Shown here: piece by piece, positions 45,086 through 55,573 of the stretch
How positions within the stretch are numbered: the first letter of the stretch is position 1
Layout: each line of letters starts with the position of its first letter
Source: an uncultured Planctomycetota bacterium
GTDB lineage: Bacteria > Planctomycetota > Planctomycetia > Isosphaerales > Isosphaeraceae
Length of the DNA: 64,000 nt
Direction of reading: 5' to 3'
NCBI GenBank assembly: GCA_963823665.1
Contig: CAWGMQ010000004.1
Location: forward strand, 2,144,001 to 2,208,000
Translations under genes and position numbers: made by a program
Notes under the pieces: model-generated
Database searches by the model: none
What the model was told of the DNA's origin: nothing
Seen by the model: only the letters and a program-made list of their open reading frames with translations

Positions 45086-48000
45086 TTTCCGTTCTCCCGT
45101 GCGTCAGACGTGGCCGTGCCATTGATGTTGGCGTTGGTATTTTCCGGCGCCCGACGGGCTGCGGTTGGCTTGACAGTTTCATTGAGCCCTGGCGCACCTT
45201 CGCGGTGCAGCGAATGAATCACGATCGACTGGGCATTCGCGTTGGCGGCCGGGCTGAGTGTGCGTGCCTTCGCAAATACCTTTCCCTCGGCGGTTTCGTC
45301 CGGCTTGAGCCGCTCATGCAAACGCTCGTGCGTCACCTCGAGTGCAAGTGTCAGCGCCCGGAACATCTCGGGATCGGTTTCCTTATCCCAGGCAGGGCTC
45401 AATGTCTCGACGAGCTCAAAGAGCGGCGACAACCTTGATTGGTAGCGCGGACGAGGGCCATCAACGAATCGCGCGATCTCGCTCGCAAGCCGCTGCGCAT
45501 TGGGCAGTCGTTTCGCAACCGGAGCCGCTCGGTCCACTGCCGCCGCTGCAATTTTCAAGAGCGCATCGGCACTGGCAGGTTCAGGATCTTTGCCCCCACT
45601 CGCAGTATCGGAAGCTGCCGCCACGGCCCTGCTCCCACCCCACGGGGCTGCGCCATAGGCCTGGCCAAGTACATGATGCGCCGTTACGTTCTCGGAATCG
45701 ATCGAAAGCGTGCGGCGATACGCAGCAACGGCCTTCTTGAGGTAGTCGAGCCGCTCAGGGCTTGTTGAGCTCGCCTGCATGGCCCGGGCGTAATAAGCAA
45801 ACGCCAGCTCGTTGTTCACCTCGTAGTCGAGGCTCAGGTCAATCTTGCGTTCGGGGATCTTGGTAGAAAGAACCGATTGAAAGCTCACGATGGCTTCGTC
45901 AAACGCCCCGTTGCGGGCATTGATCTGGCCGCTTAACCAGTTGATTACCCACGGCGCAGACGGCTTTTCATGCGATGCTGCTTTCTCGAGAGCGGCCAGA
46001 GCTTCGGGAATTCGCCCTTCCTTCTGGTACACCCGGCCCAGGTTGACCCATCCATCGGCCACTCCCAGATCGGCGACCTTCTGGAAAATAGGCTCGGCCT
46101 GCTTCAGCTCGCCTTTCTGCCCGCCGACATTCCCCCCTTCCAGCAGCAATCCGATTCCGTAGTCGTTAAATCGCTGCCACACAGGTTGAATCGGAGAGGG
46201 CTCATTCGCAGCCGGTTTTCCACCAGCAACCGGAAGTTGAACCTGGTCACGTGCCATGACCACGACGGGAAGCGTGGGCCCCTGCCCTTTACCATAGATG
46301 TAGTCCATGTAAGTGCGGTCGAACTTGCGATAGTTGATCTTCGCCTCGAGCATGATGGGGCCGGTCTCCCCCGCAGGAACCTCGAGCCCAAAATGGACGA
46401 CCTGGCCGGCTCCGGGCGGGATCTGCTTGTTGTACAGCGGAACGAAGATGTCTTGCGGGTTGCGGCGGTCGATGCGCCTGCCCTCGCGATCAAGCATGTA
46501 AACGTTGATGAAGTGAGAAAACGGATCAACCATCCCGTCCGGTCCCATCCCGCCGGAACGCCCGATCACGCGCCCACCGGAGCGTGCGATCAGCTCGACC
46601 CAGATCTCATTCGAATCAACGGTTCCTTGACTGAACGGATGACCGACTCCCAGCGTACGAACAACGGTCTCGACAAGGTATTTGCCGCCAGGTTTCACAG
46701 TGGGAACCTCGGGCCGGATCGGGCCTAGAAGTTCGCCGTCGATCACGCCTCCTTCGCGCAGACCAAAGATGTCGATTCTCACCTTCTTGTCACTCAGGAA
46801 CCGCGAATGCCGTTCGACAAGCTCCTTGTTTCCCAGCAGTGCCGCTAAGCCGGTGTTGGCACCGGAAAAGAGGTGGTCGTGGATCTCCCGGCCCCCCTTG
46901 CCATCGAAATCCTTGGCGCCGAAGTCTGTTGAAGGCTTCAACTCCATGTGGCACTCGTTGCAGTTCGACTTGGCAACCTCCGGATAATAAAAGCTGCGTG
47001 CTCCGTGGCCCGAAACTCCTGACAGGACATACGAGTCATAGTGGTTCTGGCCGCGGACAAAATCTTTGTAGCGCGTGACGCCGACCGGCAAACCAACCTT
47101 GTGGCAGGTTGAGCAAAACTCGGCGCTCTTCAAAATCGGCTTGAAGAATGTCTTCTTGTGCATTTCAGGCTTGGCTTTGACCAGCGAGTTATTGATCCAC
47201 TGCAACAGCGGGTCGTCGCTGAAGGCAAAAGGATAATGCTCGGGTTCTTCGATCGTGTACGATGCGTTGCCACGGGTGTCGTTGATGTTCGTGATCGCGT
47301 GGCAGGTCGTGCACGTGATGCCGGCCTGGCTGGTCGCGTTGTTCACGTCATCGTAGTTGGGATCATCGAATTCACCCGAGAAAAATGGCACCGGATCATG
47401 GCAGCCGGCGCACCAGCGGGCGGCCTGGGTCGATCCGTCGGCTGCAAGCGAAACCCGGCGCGTCTCGCGCACGCTGGTTCGATACGCCGGGTTGTTGAAC
47501 GAGCTGAATCGGTGCGCGGAGTGAAACCAGCCGTTGTAGGCGTCCTGATGACACTTCATGCAGTAGTCGTCCATCATCAAGACGTGCGCCGGAATGAACT
47601 TACCGTTGGCCGTGATCGCTTCAGAGGGATAGAAATACTGCTTGCCTTCGCGCGGCCCCTTGACGCCGAACGAGCGCGGATCCTGGAAGTGCAGCAGCCC
47701 CATCACCACAACGAATCCTGCGACCGCGACGCTTAAACGCCGCGCCCATTCCCACCGGATCCTCGGCCCAGCCAGGCGATGCTTGACATACAGCGCCACC
47801 GCGATGAGTGGTGTCAGAACGTGAAGCCAGTATCCCACGTCGCGGATTCGCGGGTCCCGAACCTCGAAGCCCCCTAAACGCACCAGGATGAGCCCCGAGA
47901 CCAGAATCACAATGGCCACACCCAGAAGCGCCAGTCCGAATCGAACAGCCGTTCGGTTGGGCCGTTTCCACGAGGTGAGTAGGTGTATCAACCCGAAAAC

Positions 48001-48249
48001 GACAAACGGAACGATCAAGAAAAAGCCCAGAATCAAGTGCAAGGCAATCATCAGCATGTAGAACGGCGTCTGCTGTGTCGTGCCACGCCACCACGTGAGC
48101 GAGGTGACGCTCGAGAGATAAACACCGTTAGCGCCCAGGAATGCGAAGCCAAGCAGAATGATCCATAAAAGAGGGCGCAGCCGCGGCCCTACGGCAGGTG
48201 TATATGCGCGGCCCCTGCGGTCACGCACGATTTGAGCATCAGTAGTCAT
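45082..48249 (-). CDS. Membrane-anchored pentaheme c-type cytochrome with TPRs
   Basis: N-terminal TM helices; heme motifs CMKCH, CAGCH, CTTCH, CSTCH and CNECH; TPR C-terminus; 4-bp overlap with the ASPIC gene. Confidence 0.92.
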   Translation of the reverse strand: MTTDAQIVRDRRGRAYTPAVGPRLRPLLWIILLGFAFLGANGVYLSSVTSLTWWRGTTQQTPFYMLMIALHLILGFFLIVPFVVFGLIHLLTSWKRPNRTAVRFGLALLGVAIVILVSGLILVRLGGFEVRDPRIRDVGYWLHVLTPLIAVALYVKHRLAGPRIRWEWARRLSVAVAGFVVVMGLLHFQDPRSFGVKGPREGKQYFYPSEAITANGKFIPAHVLMMDDYCMKCHQDAYNGWFHSAHRFSSFNNPAYRTSVRETRRVSLAADGSTQAARWCAGCHDPVPFFSGEFDDPNYDDVNNATSQAGITCTTCHAITNINDTRGNASYTIEEPEHYPFAFSDDPLLQWINNSLVKAKPEMHKKTFFKPILKSAEFCSTCHKVGLPVGVTRYKDFVRGQNHYDSYVLSGVSGHGARSFYYPEVAKSNCNECHMELKPSTDFGAKDFDGKGGREIHDHLFSGANTGLAALLGNKELVERHSRFLSDKKVRIDIFGLREGGVIDGELLGPIRPEVPTVKPGGKYLVETVVRTLGVGHPFSQGTVDSNEIWVELIARSGGRVIGRSGGMGPDGMVDPFSHFINVYMLDREGRRIDRRNPQDIFVPLYNKQIPPGAGQVVHFGLEVPAGETGPIMLEAKINYRKFDRTYMDYIYGKGQGPTLPVVVMARDQVQLPVAGGKPAANEPSPIQPVWQRFNDYGIGLLLEGGNVGGQKGELKQAEPIFQKVADLGVADGWVNLGRVYQKEGRIPEALAALEKAASHEKPSAPWVINWLSGQINARNGAFDEAIVSFQSVLSTKIPERKIDLSLDYEVNNELAFAYYARAMQASSTSPERLDYLKKAVAAYRRTLSIDSENVTAHHVLGQAYGAAPWGGSRAVAAASDTASGGKDPEPASADALLKIAAAAVDRAAPVAKRLPNAQRLASEIARFVDGPRPRYQSRLSPLFELVETLSPAWDKETDPEMFRALTLALEVTHERLHERLKPDETAEGKVFAKARTLSPAANANAQSIVIHSLHREGAPGLNETVKPTAARRAPENTNANINGTATSDARENGK

Positions 48250-48342
48250 GATCGATGGCCCCCTCTGCGAGAGAGTGCAATGGCCGGCGAGATCCCGGTG
48301 GCTCGCATAGGTCGATGAAGAAAATAGAAATTCGTCAAATCG

Positions 48343-48942
48343 TTACTTACGGTAAGAGGTCTCCGCACTCGAGCCCAACCGTAGTGACTCAAGTGTGGCA
48401 CGGATATCCGGCTCGAGCCGATCGTAGGCCCCCTCCGGCATGTGCCAGGTCATGTAGATCGTTTCGGTCGGCCGCGCAAACGCCAGCATGACTTGCCGGG
48501 TCGGCACGAGTGTCTTCTCCGGAGGCTTGATCGGTTCCCCGAGCCCGCTCGGAGCTAGCGTGTCTCCGGTTCCCGGCGCAATCAGCTCGATGCGAGCGGC
48601 CTGCACACCGGCGATCGTCTCGACGCGTTTCACCAGCAGCTTTGTGCCCGGTAGATTCTCAAGCCGGTTTCCCTGGGCCTCCAGCAGCATTTCCGCCGAG
48701 CCGTCCGGCACCCAGAGCGTTCGATAGATCACCAGCGATGATCCATCAGGTCCCGACCAGGCTGCCAGCGGAGTTCCAGGAACCAACCATTTCGTCGCGC
48801 GCACCGACTGCCAGGACGCAGGCGGCTTGAGTGCCACCCCGGATCGCTCGAGCAATGTTCCCGGGGTGCACCCTGGAATCACAGCCAGAAGCGCCGCCAG
48901 TCTACACAGGAAACGCACGTTCGCGATCGTTCTACGCATCAC
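48343..48942 (-). CDS. Hypothetical lipoprotein
   Basis: Basic N-terminus followed by a lipobox-like LAVIPGC. Confidence 0.7.
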   Translation of the reverse strand: MMRRTIANVRFLCRLAALLAVIPGCTPGTLLERSGVALKPPASWQSVRATKWLVPGTPLAAWSGPDGSSLVIYRTLWVPDGSAEMLLEAQGNRLENLPGTKLLVKRVETIAGVQAARIELIAPGTGDTLAPSGLGEPIKPPEKTLVPTRQVMLAFARPTETIYMTWHMPEGAYDRLEPDIRATLESLRLGSSAETSYRK

Positions 48943-49090
48943 GAGAAAATAATCTCTGCGTCAGTTGGGTCGACCCGCTGGACTTCGCCCGGACGATGGG
49001 CGATCTCCTGCACAATGAATGTGCCACATCTTCCGGCAAGAGGCCGTTGGATTGCCCCGGATTCCGGGCGCATGCCGGATGTTTCGCGAT

Positions 49091-49522
49091 CTAGGAGAGC
49101 ACCCCACTCGAGCGTGGAGGCCGGTCCAGGCGAATGGCTGGCGGCTGCGAGTGCTCGGTTCCTGCGTCAGCGATGCGTGGCTCACGAAAGTCAGGCGATG
49201 TGAAGCTCGAGTCGTTGAACAAAATGGCAACGGCAGGCAGATGTGTCGAGTTCGATGCAAGGGGAATCTCGTCCCCGCAATGCGGATGAGTAAGCGCCGC
49301 TGGCGGCCTGGCGATCGACGTGGTCGCTTGCACAAGACTCTGGTCCGTCTCCCACGCAAATGTGCTGGCGATAACAGGGCGATCCGGTGTGTGACACCCC
49401 GCTGCCAGGGAGAACGAGGGAAGCATGAGTAGGCAAAGCGTGGCCATGGTCCCCAGAACCCAGGCATGATAGCCCTGAGTTGGGACCGCGCGGCGCACGG
49501 CAGTGTTGCTCTGATTGATCAT
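49091..49522 (-). CDS. Hypothetical secreted/membrane peptide with C-terminal RLDRPPR
   Basis: Hydrophobic segment, GCH and HPHC motifs, and RPPR near the stop codon. Confidence 0.55.
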   Translation of the reverse strand: MINQSNTAVRRAVPTQGYHAWVLGTMATLCLLMLPSFSLAAGCHTPDRPVIASTFAWETDQSLVQATTSIARPPAALTHPHCGDEIPLASNSTHLPAVAILFNDSSFTSPDFREPRIADAGTEHSQPPAIRLDRPPRSSGVLS

Positions 49523-49620
49523 GTCGAACTCTCGGGGAGAGGCATCACATCGATCGTATGGACTATGAATTCGAGTTGTCAATGTAAGTCGGACCAAGTC
49601 GCCTGTCGCGCTCGCCCATC

Positions 49621-49652
49621 GTCGCCTTTCGCCCCGCGAAAGTGCGTCCCCA
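49621..49652. repeat. REP-like palindrome (second copy at 53795-53826)
   Basis: gtcgcCTTTCGCcccGCGAAAGtgcgtcccca. Confidence 0.75.
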
Positions 49653-49707
49653 TAAGCTCCCGCCGTTCAAGCCCCCAGTCGCCAGGCGCCTCGCGCATCC
49701 GAAGGAA

Positions 49708-52152
49708 TCACGGCGACCGCGGCATGTGCTTCCGAAGAAACGCAACCGAGTTCGGCAACATCCACTGAACGCCGTCGAGTATCTCATCCAGCGGGACATC
49801 GGGTTTCTTCTCTTTCACCCCGCGCCGGCGCTCATGCTCCGTCCTCGCCATTTCACGTCGCTGTTGCCGCCTCTCCCGCTTGGAAACCGGCTCCGCCACG
49901 CGAGCGGGCACAACACAACCCTCCTCGGGCAACGGCGCCCGAACATCATCGCGCGCGACCTCCTCCCGGCAGCCCGACTCTCCCCCTTCCTGTCGCCCGG
50001 CCTTCCCAGCCTCAATCGGAGCGTCACCCACCATCTCGCTTTCTCCGGCCCGGCAGCCTGTCTCCCCCCCTCCGTGTCTCCCGGCCGCCAAAGGTTCGGT
50101 CTGCGCGTCGCCCGCTGCCTCGCCTGGTTCGTCGTCCACGATTTCGTTTTGTATATTCGTCGCGGGGTCTTTCTCTGTAAGGGCTAAGGAAACGAAATTG
50201 CCCAGCCCAACTTGTCCGGAATCCGTGGCCGCGTGCTCAATTTCCGCCTCCGTGTGGCCCTGGCCCTGCTGCGTGTGACCCTCAGTTCGGCGCGGGTCTC
50301 GGGCACCCGAAGGGTCGCCGCCGTCCCCCTCGGAAGTTTCAGTTCGGCGCGGGTCTCGGGCACCCGAAGGGTCGCCGCCGTCCCCCCGACCGAAGGTCTC
50401 CTCTCGCCCCCCGCCGTCCCCCTCGGAAGTTTCAGTTCGGCGCGGGTCTCGGGCACCCGAAGGGTCGCCGCCGTCCCCCCTACCGCAGGTCTCCTCTTGC
50501 CCCCCACCGTCCCCGGGATCACTTCCCCCTGTCTCGCATGCACCCAAAACGTCCCCGCCAACCACGCGATCACCCGCACCTTCCACCACCCCGATGTCAT
50601 TCGTCCCCAACCCGTCGATTTCGTTTTGTATATTCGTCTCGGGCTCTTGTCCCGTAAGGGTTAAGGGAACGAAATCGCTCAGCCCAGCCTGTCCGAAATC
50701 CGTCGCCCCATCCTGGCTTTCCGCCCGGGTCAGGGCGTCCTGTTTCATCGCGCTGTCATCCGCCACCTCATCCACCCGATTGGTCGCCGACGCTTCCTGA
50801 ACGCCACCATTCCCCGCCTCCGTCTCACACGCCCGACCGGCAATCGCTTCTGTATGTCCCTGGCTCTGCACGTGCGCAGCCTTCGCGCCCACATCACTCG
50901 GGCTGCCACCTGCGTAGCGCGCGCCACCACCGTCAGACGCACGCCAATACGGATCCTCACAAGGCTGCCGCCCGCGCTCCGCCTTCCAGCGAGCCAACCC
51001 CGCCTCGAGGTCGCCGTCATACCCCTGGGCATCGCGCACGGTCCCACGCTCGTCAAGCACAAACCGCTCATCGTGCATGATCCCGCGTCGTGCTAGCGCT
51101 TTCCTCCGTTCTCGGTCCCGGCGCACCTTCTCCCACCCGTCCTCGTCCCAGCGGTGCCATCTCTTGATCGTGTCGAGGTTCCGAATCACCAGCCGGTTGG
51201 AGCTCTCAAGATGACGCTCAATCTGCCCGACGTTCTTGACCTCCGCATCGCTCACAGTATTGGTTTCGACCATCTCGAGAATCTCGTCGCCTTCCGCGGC
51301 CTCGGCTTCGAGCCTCCACAGCCGCTCAATCGCCTGGTCGATGATCTCCAGCAGCACGGCCCGTCCAGCCGCTGCATTCGCCGGCGTGAGCGCGCGTAGC
51401 TCCGGGCGCGAGAGCTGGCCCTCATAAAACTTGACCCGGTCATAGTGGATCTCGCACCGTAGCTCGCGGAAGGCGGACTTGAAGACCGGCCTCATGGCAT
51501 GGCTCGCAAGGAACACCAAGGCGGCCTCTCGATCAAAGAGCGCGTCGAGCGGCTGCTTGCCCAGTAAACGGGCGGCCGTGAGTTTTTGACAGGAGACCCA
51601 TCCCTCTCCCGAATCAATCGGCTTCCTCACCTCGCCTAGGCGGTCCAGCAGCCAGCGTCGGCCGGCGCACGTCGCTTCAAGCTGGATGACCAACCTGCGC
51701 GGCTTATCCGGGTCATCGGCTACCCCCGAATCGGAGGTCCGCGGCTGCTTGTGCTCATAGTCCCCCGATGGATAGAGCTGCGATGGTCCCCTGCGGTCAA
51801 AGAGCAAGCGGTCGCCCAGCCCCTCTGCCGCCAGTGTCTCCTCAGCCGCCTGCGCCCGCGATCGCCGCACGATATCGCCGGTCACGCGGTTAACTTCCAA
51901 GCGGTTAGCACGCTCGGCCCGCCAGCAAGCCATCGCCGCCAGCTTGGCCAGATCTGCCTCGGCTTGATTTCGAACCTGATGACTCGTTGTGTACGCATCA
52001 ATCTTCGCCTGAAGCTCCGCCGGATCCTCCCCCGGCAGAACCGGCGTCTTCGCCGTGAGCCCATGCTTGACCGCGTTGAACCGCGACCCCTTGCCGATCG
52101 ACGCCCGCTGATCATTCATCCCGACAACCACCGCACCCTGCTGCTCACTCAT
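49708..52152 (-). CDS. Hypothetical 'NAxKHGL' family protein with a repeat-derived low-complexity tail
   Basis: N-terminal GSRFNAVKHGLTAKTPVLPGED, a helical core, and a tail with TNIQNEI twice and GDPSGARDPRRTE three times. Confidence 0.7.
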   Translation of the reverse strand: MSEQQGAVVVGMNDQRASIGKGSRFNAVKHGLTAKTPVLPGEDPAELQAKIDAYTTSHQVRNQAEADLAKLAAMACWRAERANRLEVNRVTGDIVRRSRAQAAEETLAAEGLGDRLLFDRRGPSQLYPSGDYEHKQPRTSDSGVADDPDKPRRLVIQLEATCAGRRWLLDRLGEVRKPIDSGEGWVSCQKLTAARLLGKQPLDALFDREAALVFLASHAMRPVFKSAFRELRCEIHYDRVKFYEGQLSRPELRALTPANAAAGRAVLLEIIDQAIERLWRLEAEAAEGDEILEMVETNTVSDAEVKNVGQIERHLESSNRLVIRNLDTIKRWHRWDEDGWEKVRRDRERRKALARRGIMHDERFVLDERGTVRDAQGYDGDLEAGLARWKAERGRQPCEDPYWRASDGGGARYAGGSPSDVGAKAAHVQSQGHTEAIAGRACETEAGNGGVQEASATNRVDEVADDSAMKQDALTRAESQDGATDFGQAGLSDFVPLTLTGQEPETNIQNEIDGLGTNDIGVVEGAGDRVVGGDVLGACETGGSDPGDGGGQEETCGRGDGGDPSGARDPRRTETSEGDGGGREETFGRGDGGDPSGARDPRRTETSEGDGGDPSGARDPRRTEGHTQQGQGHTEAEIEHAATDSGQVGLGNFVSLALTEKDPATNIQNEIVDDEPGEAAGDAQTEPLAAGRHGGGETGCRAGESEMVGDAPIEAGKAGRQEGGESGCREEVARDDVRAPLPEEGCVVPARVAEPVSKRERRQQRREMARTEHERRRGVKEKKPDVPLDEILDGVQWMLPNSVAFLRKHMPRSP
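50282..50493. repeat. Three REP-like ~48-bp units inside the CDS
   Basis: tcagttcggcgcgggtctcgggcacccgaagggtcgccgccgtccccc at 50282, 50339 and 50432. Confidence 0.9.
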
Positions 52153-52204
52153 CGCATCACCATGATCCTGTCTCTTGGGCAAAAAAACCAGGAATAACGC
52201 CCGC

Positions 52205-52417
52205 GAAGTAGGTCAGGCTTCAGCCTGACGATTTCCCCAAAGTCCTTCACGCGAAAGCCCAACAACTCTGCCCCTGAAGTAGGTTAGGCTTCAGCCTGAC
52301 GATTTCCCCAAAGTCTCTCACGCGAAAGTCCAACAACTCCGCCTCCGAAGTAGGTCAGGCTTCAGCCTGACGATTTCCCCAAAGTCCCTCACGCGAAAGC
52401 CCAACAATTGCGTCCGT
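52205..52417 (+). repeat. Three tandem 71-bp units carrying a GTAG-type REP palindrome
   Basis: GTAG-GTCAGGCT-TC-AGCCTGAC in units starting at 52205, 52276 and 52347, with near-identical linkers. Confidence 0.9.
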
Positions 52418-53084
52418 GACGGGAACTTGACCAATCGTCCCGCTGCGCAGGCACGAATAGCCGTGCCAGACGACGCGCGATCCCCGGTCACCAACCGCGA
52501 CTCCATAACATGGGACATAAACTCCACGTAAGCAAAAAATTTTAGTTCTTGAGAATGCGGTTCCCAGCCAATCCGCTCCGATTGTGACGATCGAACAACG
52601 ACCGGATGCGCCAGTTCTGCGATCCCAAGGCATTGCCGCATAAGGCAAGACTCGCCGCATTGTGCTTGACCGGCATAATCCGGCTAACCGGACCCTGGTA
52701 GGGTAGGAACGATCGATCGGTTTCGATCCCACCCCTCCGAACTATGCGGGCGATTTTCCCGCATACGGGTTATTCAGTCGGCAGTCTTACCTCGAACAGG
52801 ATTGATGGCCCAGCTTGCAAGCTCCGGTCAAGCTCTACCGGCTTTATCGCCGTCTAGGTCTGGCTTCGCTTGGTGATGGAATCTTCCGATCATTCCGCCT
52901 CCAATCACCTACCGTCGTCCCGGCACATCTCTGGCTTTTTCAATGCCAGGCGTACCGCCAGTTCACTTTCCGATTTCGCCGCGGTAAAATCACGCCGCAC
53001 GGCGTAGGACGGTGTCACAGCCGGCCTTTCGGCCTGCCGCAGTTTGGCAAAACGTTCAGTGCAACAACACGGAGGAATCTGGAC

Positions 53085-53513
53085 ATGGGTGCCATTGCAG
53101 AAGCGATTGTGGCCTTCGCGCAGCCGTTGCTCGAGCAGACCGATGGTTCTGAGGAACAGTTGAACAAGGCATTCGCGCTGAGCCAGGTTTGCTATAACCT
53201 CGCGCTCTTGCCGAAAGAGGATCGGGAAGCGGCGATCAACGAAATGCGATCAAGCCTGGAAATGGATGACCAGGAATTCGCCGAATTCCGGCGTGAGCTC
53301 GTCAACCCCATGATCCAGCGGCACGAGCAGATGTTCCCGCTGATGCACCGGCGGATTTCCGCTGACTTGTTGCAAAGCCGCTCCTTGCCCGGGTCGCACC
53401 CAATAATGGCGGAGCATCCCGAAACGCCTCCTCCTCCAAGCGATCGTTACGCGCCGTGTCCATGCAACAGCGGCCGAAAATATAAGTTCTGTTGCGGCAC
53501 GAAGCGACGCTGA
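53085..53513 (+). CDS. SEC-C motif protein
   Basis: GGAGGA RBS and C-terminal RYAPCPCNSGRKYKFCCG. Confidence 0.85.
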   Translation: MGAIAEAIVAFAQPLLEQTDGSEEQLNKAFALSQVCYNLALLPKEDREAAINEMRSSLEMDDQEFAEFRRELVNPMIQRHEQMFPLMHRRISADLLQSRSLPGSHPIMAEHPETPPPPSDRYAPCPCNSGRKYKFCCGTKRR

Positions 53514-54543
53514 TTCTCAGTTTCGCGAGGCCAGAAAATAGCGTCATTGCGCCACGCCAGTGTCGCCCTCGCAGTGCACCCTCGTTCCGATGCTCCGCGT
53601 CGGAACGTCCCACTGGCCGCTTCGCAGCGCGCTTGCCGATGACATCCGCGTGTCCCCTTCCGCCGTCCCTCCTCCGCCCTCCGTCCTGCGCTTCGGCCCC
53701 TCCGTCCCTCCCTCCTGCGCCCACCACTTCGTTTTGTATATTCGACACGCGTCCTTTCCCTGCAAGGATTAAGGGAACGAACCTCACCCTCATGGTCGCC
53801 TTTCGCTCTGCGAAAGTGCGTCCCCATTTCCACACTCCCTATTGTCGCCATTCGCTCCGAGAAGGGGCTTCCCCGTTCCCACCCTCTGCCATGCAACCGA
53901 ACGCCTCCCATCAACCGCCCGTTGATTGATGCCGACCGTAATGAATGAATTCCTCCGGGCCCCAGGTGTGCCTTCCGAACGCGGGTGGTGCCATGAGCCG
54001 GCTCCCGCCGTTCACAACACGCCGCTAACCAGCGCATTCCCTCACGTAGAATATGCGGCGACTTCGCCGATTCCGCCGGCCTTGTTGTCATCGGAGCCAC
54101 CGTCGGCGCTCGGCGGTTTCGACCCTCGGTCGGAGGACCCAGGCAGGAGTGGGCTCGGAGTAATATTGGGCCGGACCGCTTGGGCGCACCCGGGATTGGT
54201 GGTTTCCTTGGCCCCGAAGTGAGCCCATCTCAGGGAATCCGGGGCGACGACCATCGCCGGGATCGTCAGCGCGATGGGGGAGACCGCCAACAGCAGCCAG
54301 TAGTTATCGAGCAGTTCGGGGCGAGGGGAAGAGTCCGTTTACGGCGAACCGGGTCACGCGATTTCACCAGAGATGATGTGGAGCGACGAGGATTCTTTGT
54401 TCGTTCATCCGAGGACCTGTGCGGCGTTAAGATCTCCACGTCAAGGTGTTGACATGACGCGCGCCCGGCGAAAAAGTGAGGGAACCTGCCCTTCGGATGG
54501 AAGGCAGGTCCCGGGTCGGAACGGACGTTCGACGCCCTCAGCA

Positions 54544-54819
54544 TCAGGGCGTCTGCCAGAATGGATCGGCTGGGGTGATCACTCCGTTGTCCGTGAAGGG
54601 GCACCGCCGGGCGTGGAGCTGCCGATCCCGCTCGGCGTCGCGGTACTTGGTGTGCACATGACCTCGCCAGAACCGATTCCCGTGACGGCAGATGGCTCGG
54701 TACCGGTTGTTGGCCGTCGAGGCCTCGCCGGCGAGCGGAAGGACAACCAACGAACTTAAGAGGGCGCCTGCGAGCATGCCGCCCAGTAATAGACGTCGAA
54801 GCAAGGTACGTCGCTGCAT
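54544..54819 (-). CDS. Small basic secreted protein (Tat-like signal, two Cys)
   Basis: MQRRTLL...LLSSLVVLPLAGEA signal followed by an Arg/His-rich mature part. Confidence 0.6.
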   Translation of the reverse strand: MQRRTLLRRLLLGGMLAGALLSSLVVLPLAGEASTANNRYRAICRHGNRFWRGHVHTKYRDAERDRQLHARRCPFTDNGVITPADPFWQTP

Positions 54820-55050
54820 TGTGGTAGGCTCCTAGGCTCGGGGTATCGCCGACTCTCCAGGCGGCTCCACGGCCAATCCGTGAGTCGGGCATGGGCAACG
54901 AAGTCACGCGTCTCTTGACGGGTTAGTCCCCGTCTCCGACCACGTCCTTCTGCCTGTACATCCCGGCGGGGCGGTGTTTCTCTCGATGTGGCGGAACGAA
55001 TCTGGCGAAGCGAAAGTCTAACCATTCTTGCAAGTTCTAGTCTTGATATA

Positions 55051-55140
55051 ACGTGAAAATAAATTAAATATAATAAATGTATAGATTATAATTGAAATTA
55101 AAATCATAATAATTAATTTAGTGATATCATTTTTGATGAT
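55051..55140. other. AT-rich patch
   Basis: 12 G+C in 90 nt within GC-rich DNA. Confidence 0.85.
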
Positions 55141-55573
55141 TAAACCCCAGGCCCCGTCATGAGAGCTCCAACCCCCAAACTCCCGGGGCCTTCCTCGAGT
55201 AAATGACGGGGAGTAAGGCACCGGGCGTGGCCTGGTACTCTAACGTTCCCGTCCTGTCGTCGTATCTGATCGAGACGTAATGGACCGTTGTGGCCCCCCG
55301 CCGGCCGTAAAAAGTCCTCTTCCAGGTCTGTTACCGTCCCGACCTTATCGATCGCATCCGCCGAAAAGAGGATTCGCGCCTTCCTGATAATGGCGGTCAC
55401 GTCCTCGGTGATAGGAATACTGGTAAGGAGCAAGAAGGCGATCAGAGGTACCACCAGGCACCCGTCGTTCTCGGCCGGGTTTTAGGGCGGTGACGGTGAC
55501 TTGTTGGATGCATCATCTATCACGTAACATCGTGGACTCGGTCGATCCTCGTCCGGCTGCCCTCGCAGGGCCC

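Noticed and set aside
52205..52417. Possible CRISPR array (palindromic repeat, 71-bp period)
   Set aside because: The intervening sequences are near-identical rather than unique spacers, there are only three units, and no cas genes are present. The GTAG plus palindrome layout fits REP elements.
55140..55454. 104-aa ORF downstream of hflC
   Set aside because: It has only a hydrophobic start, a weak start context and no motif, which is insufficient support.
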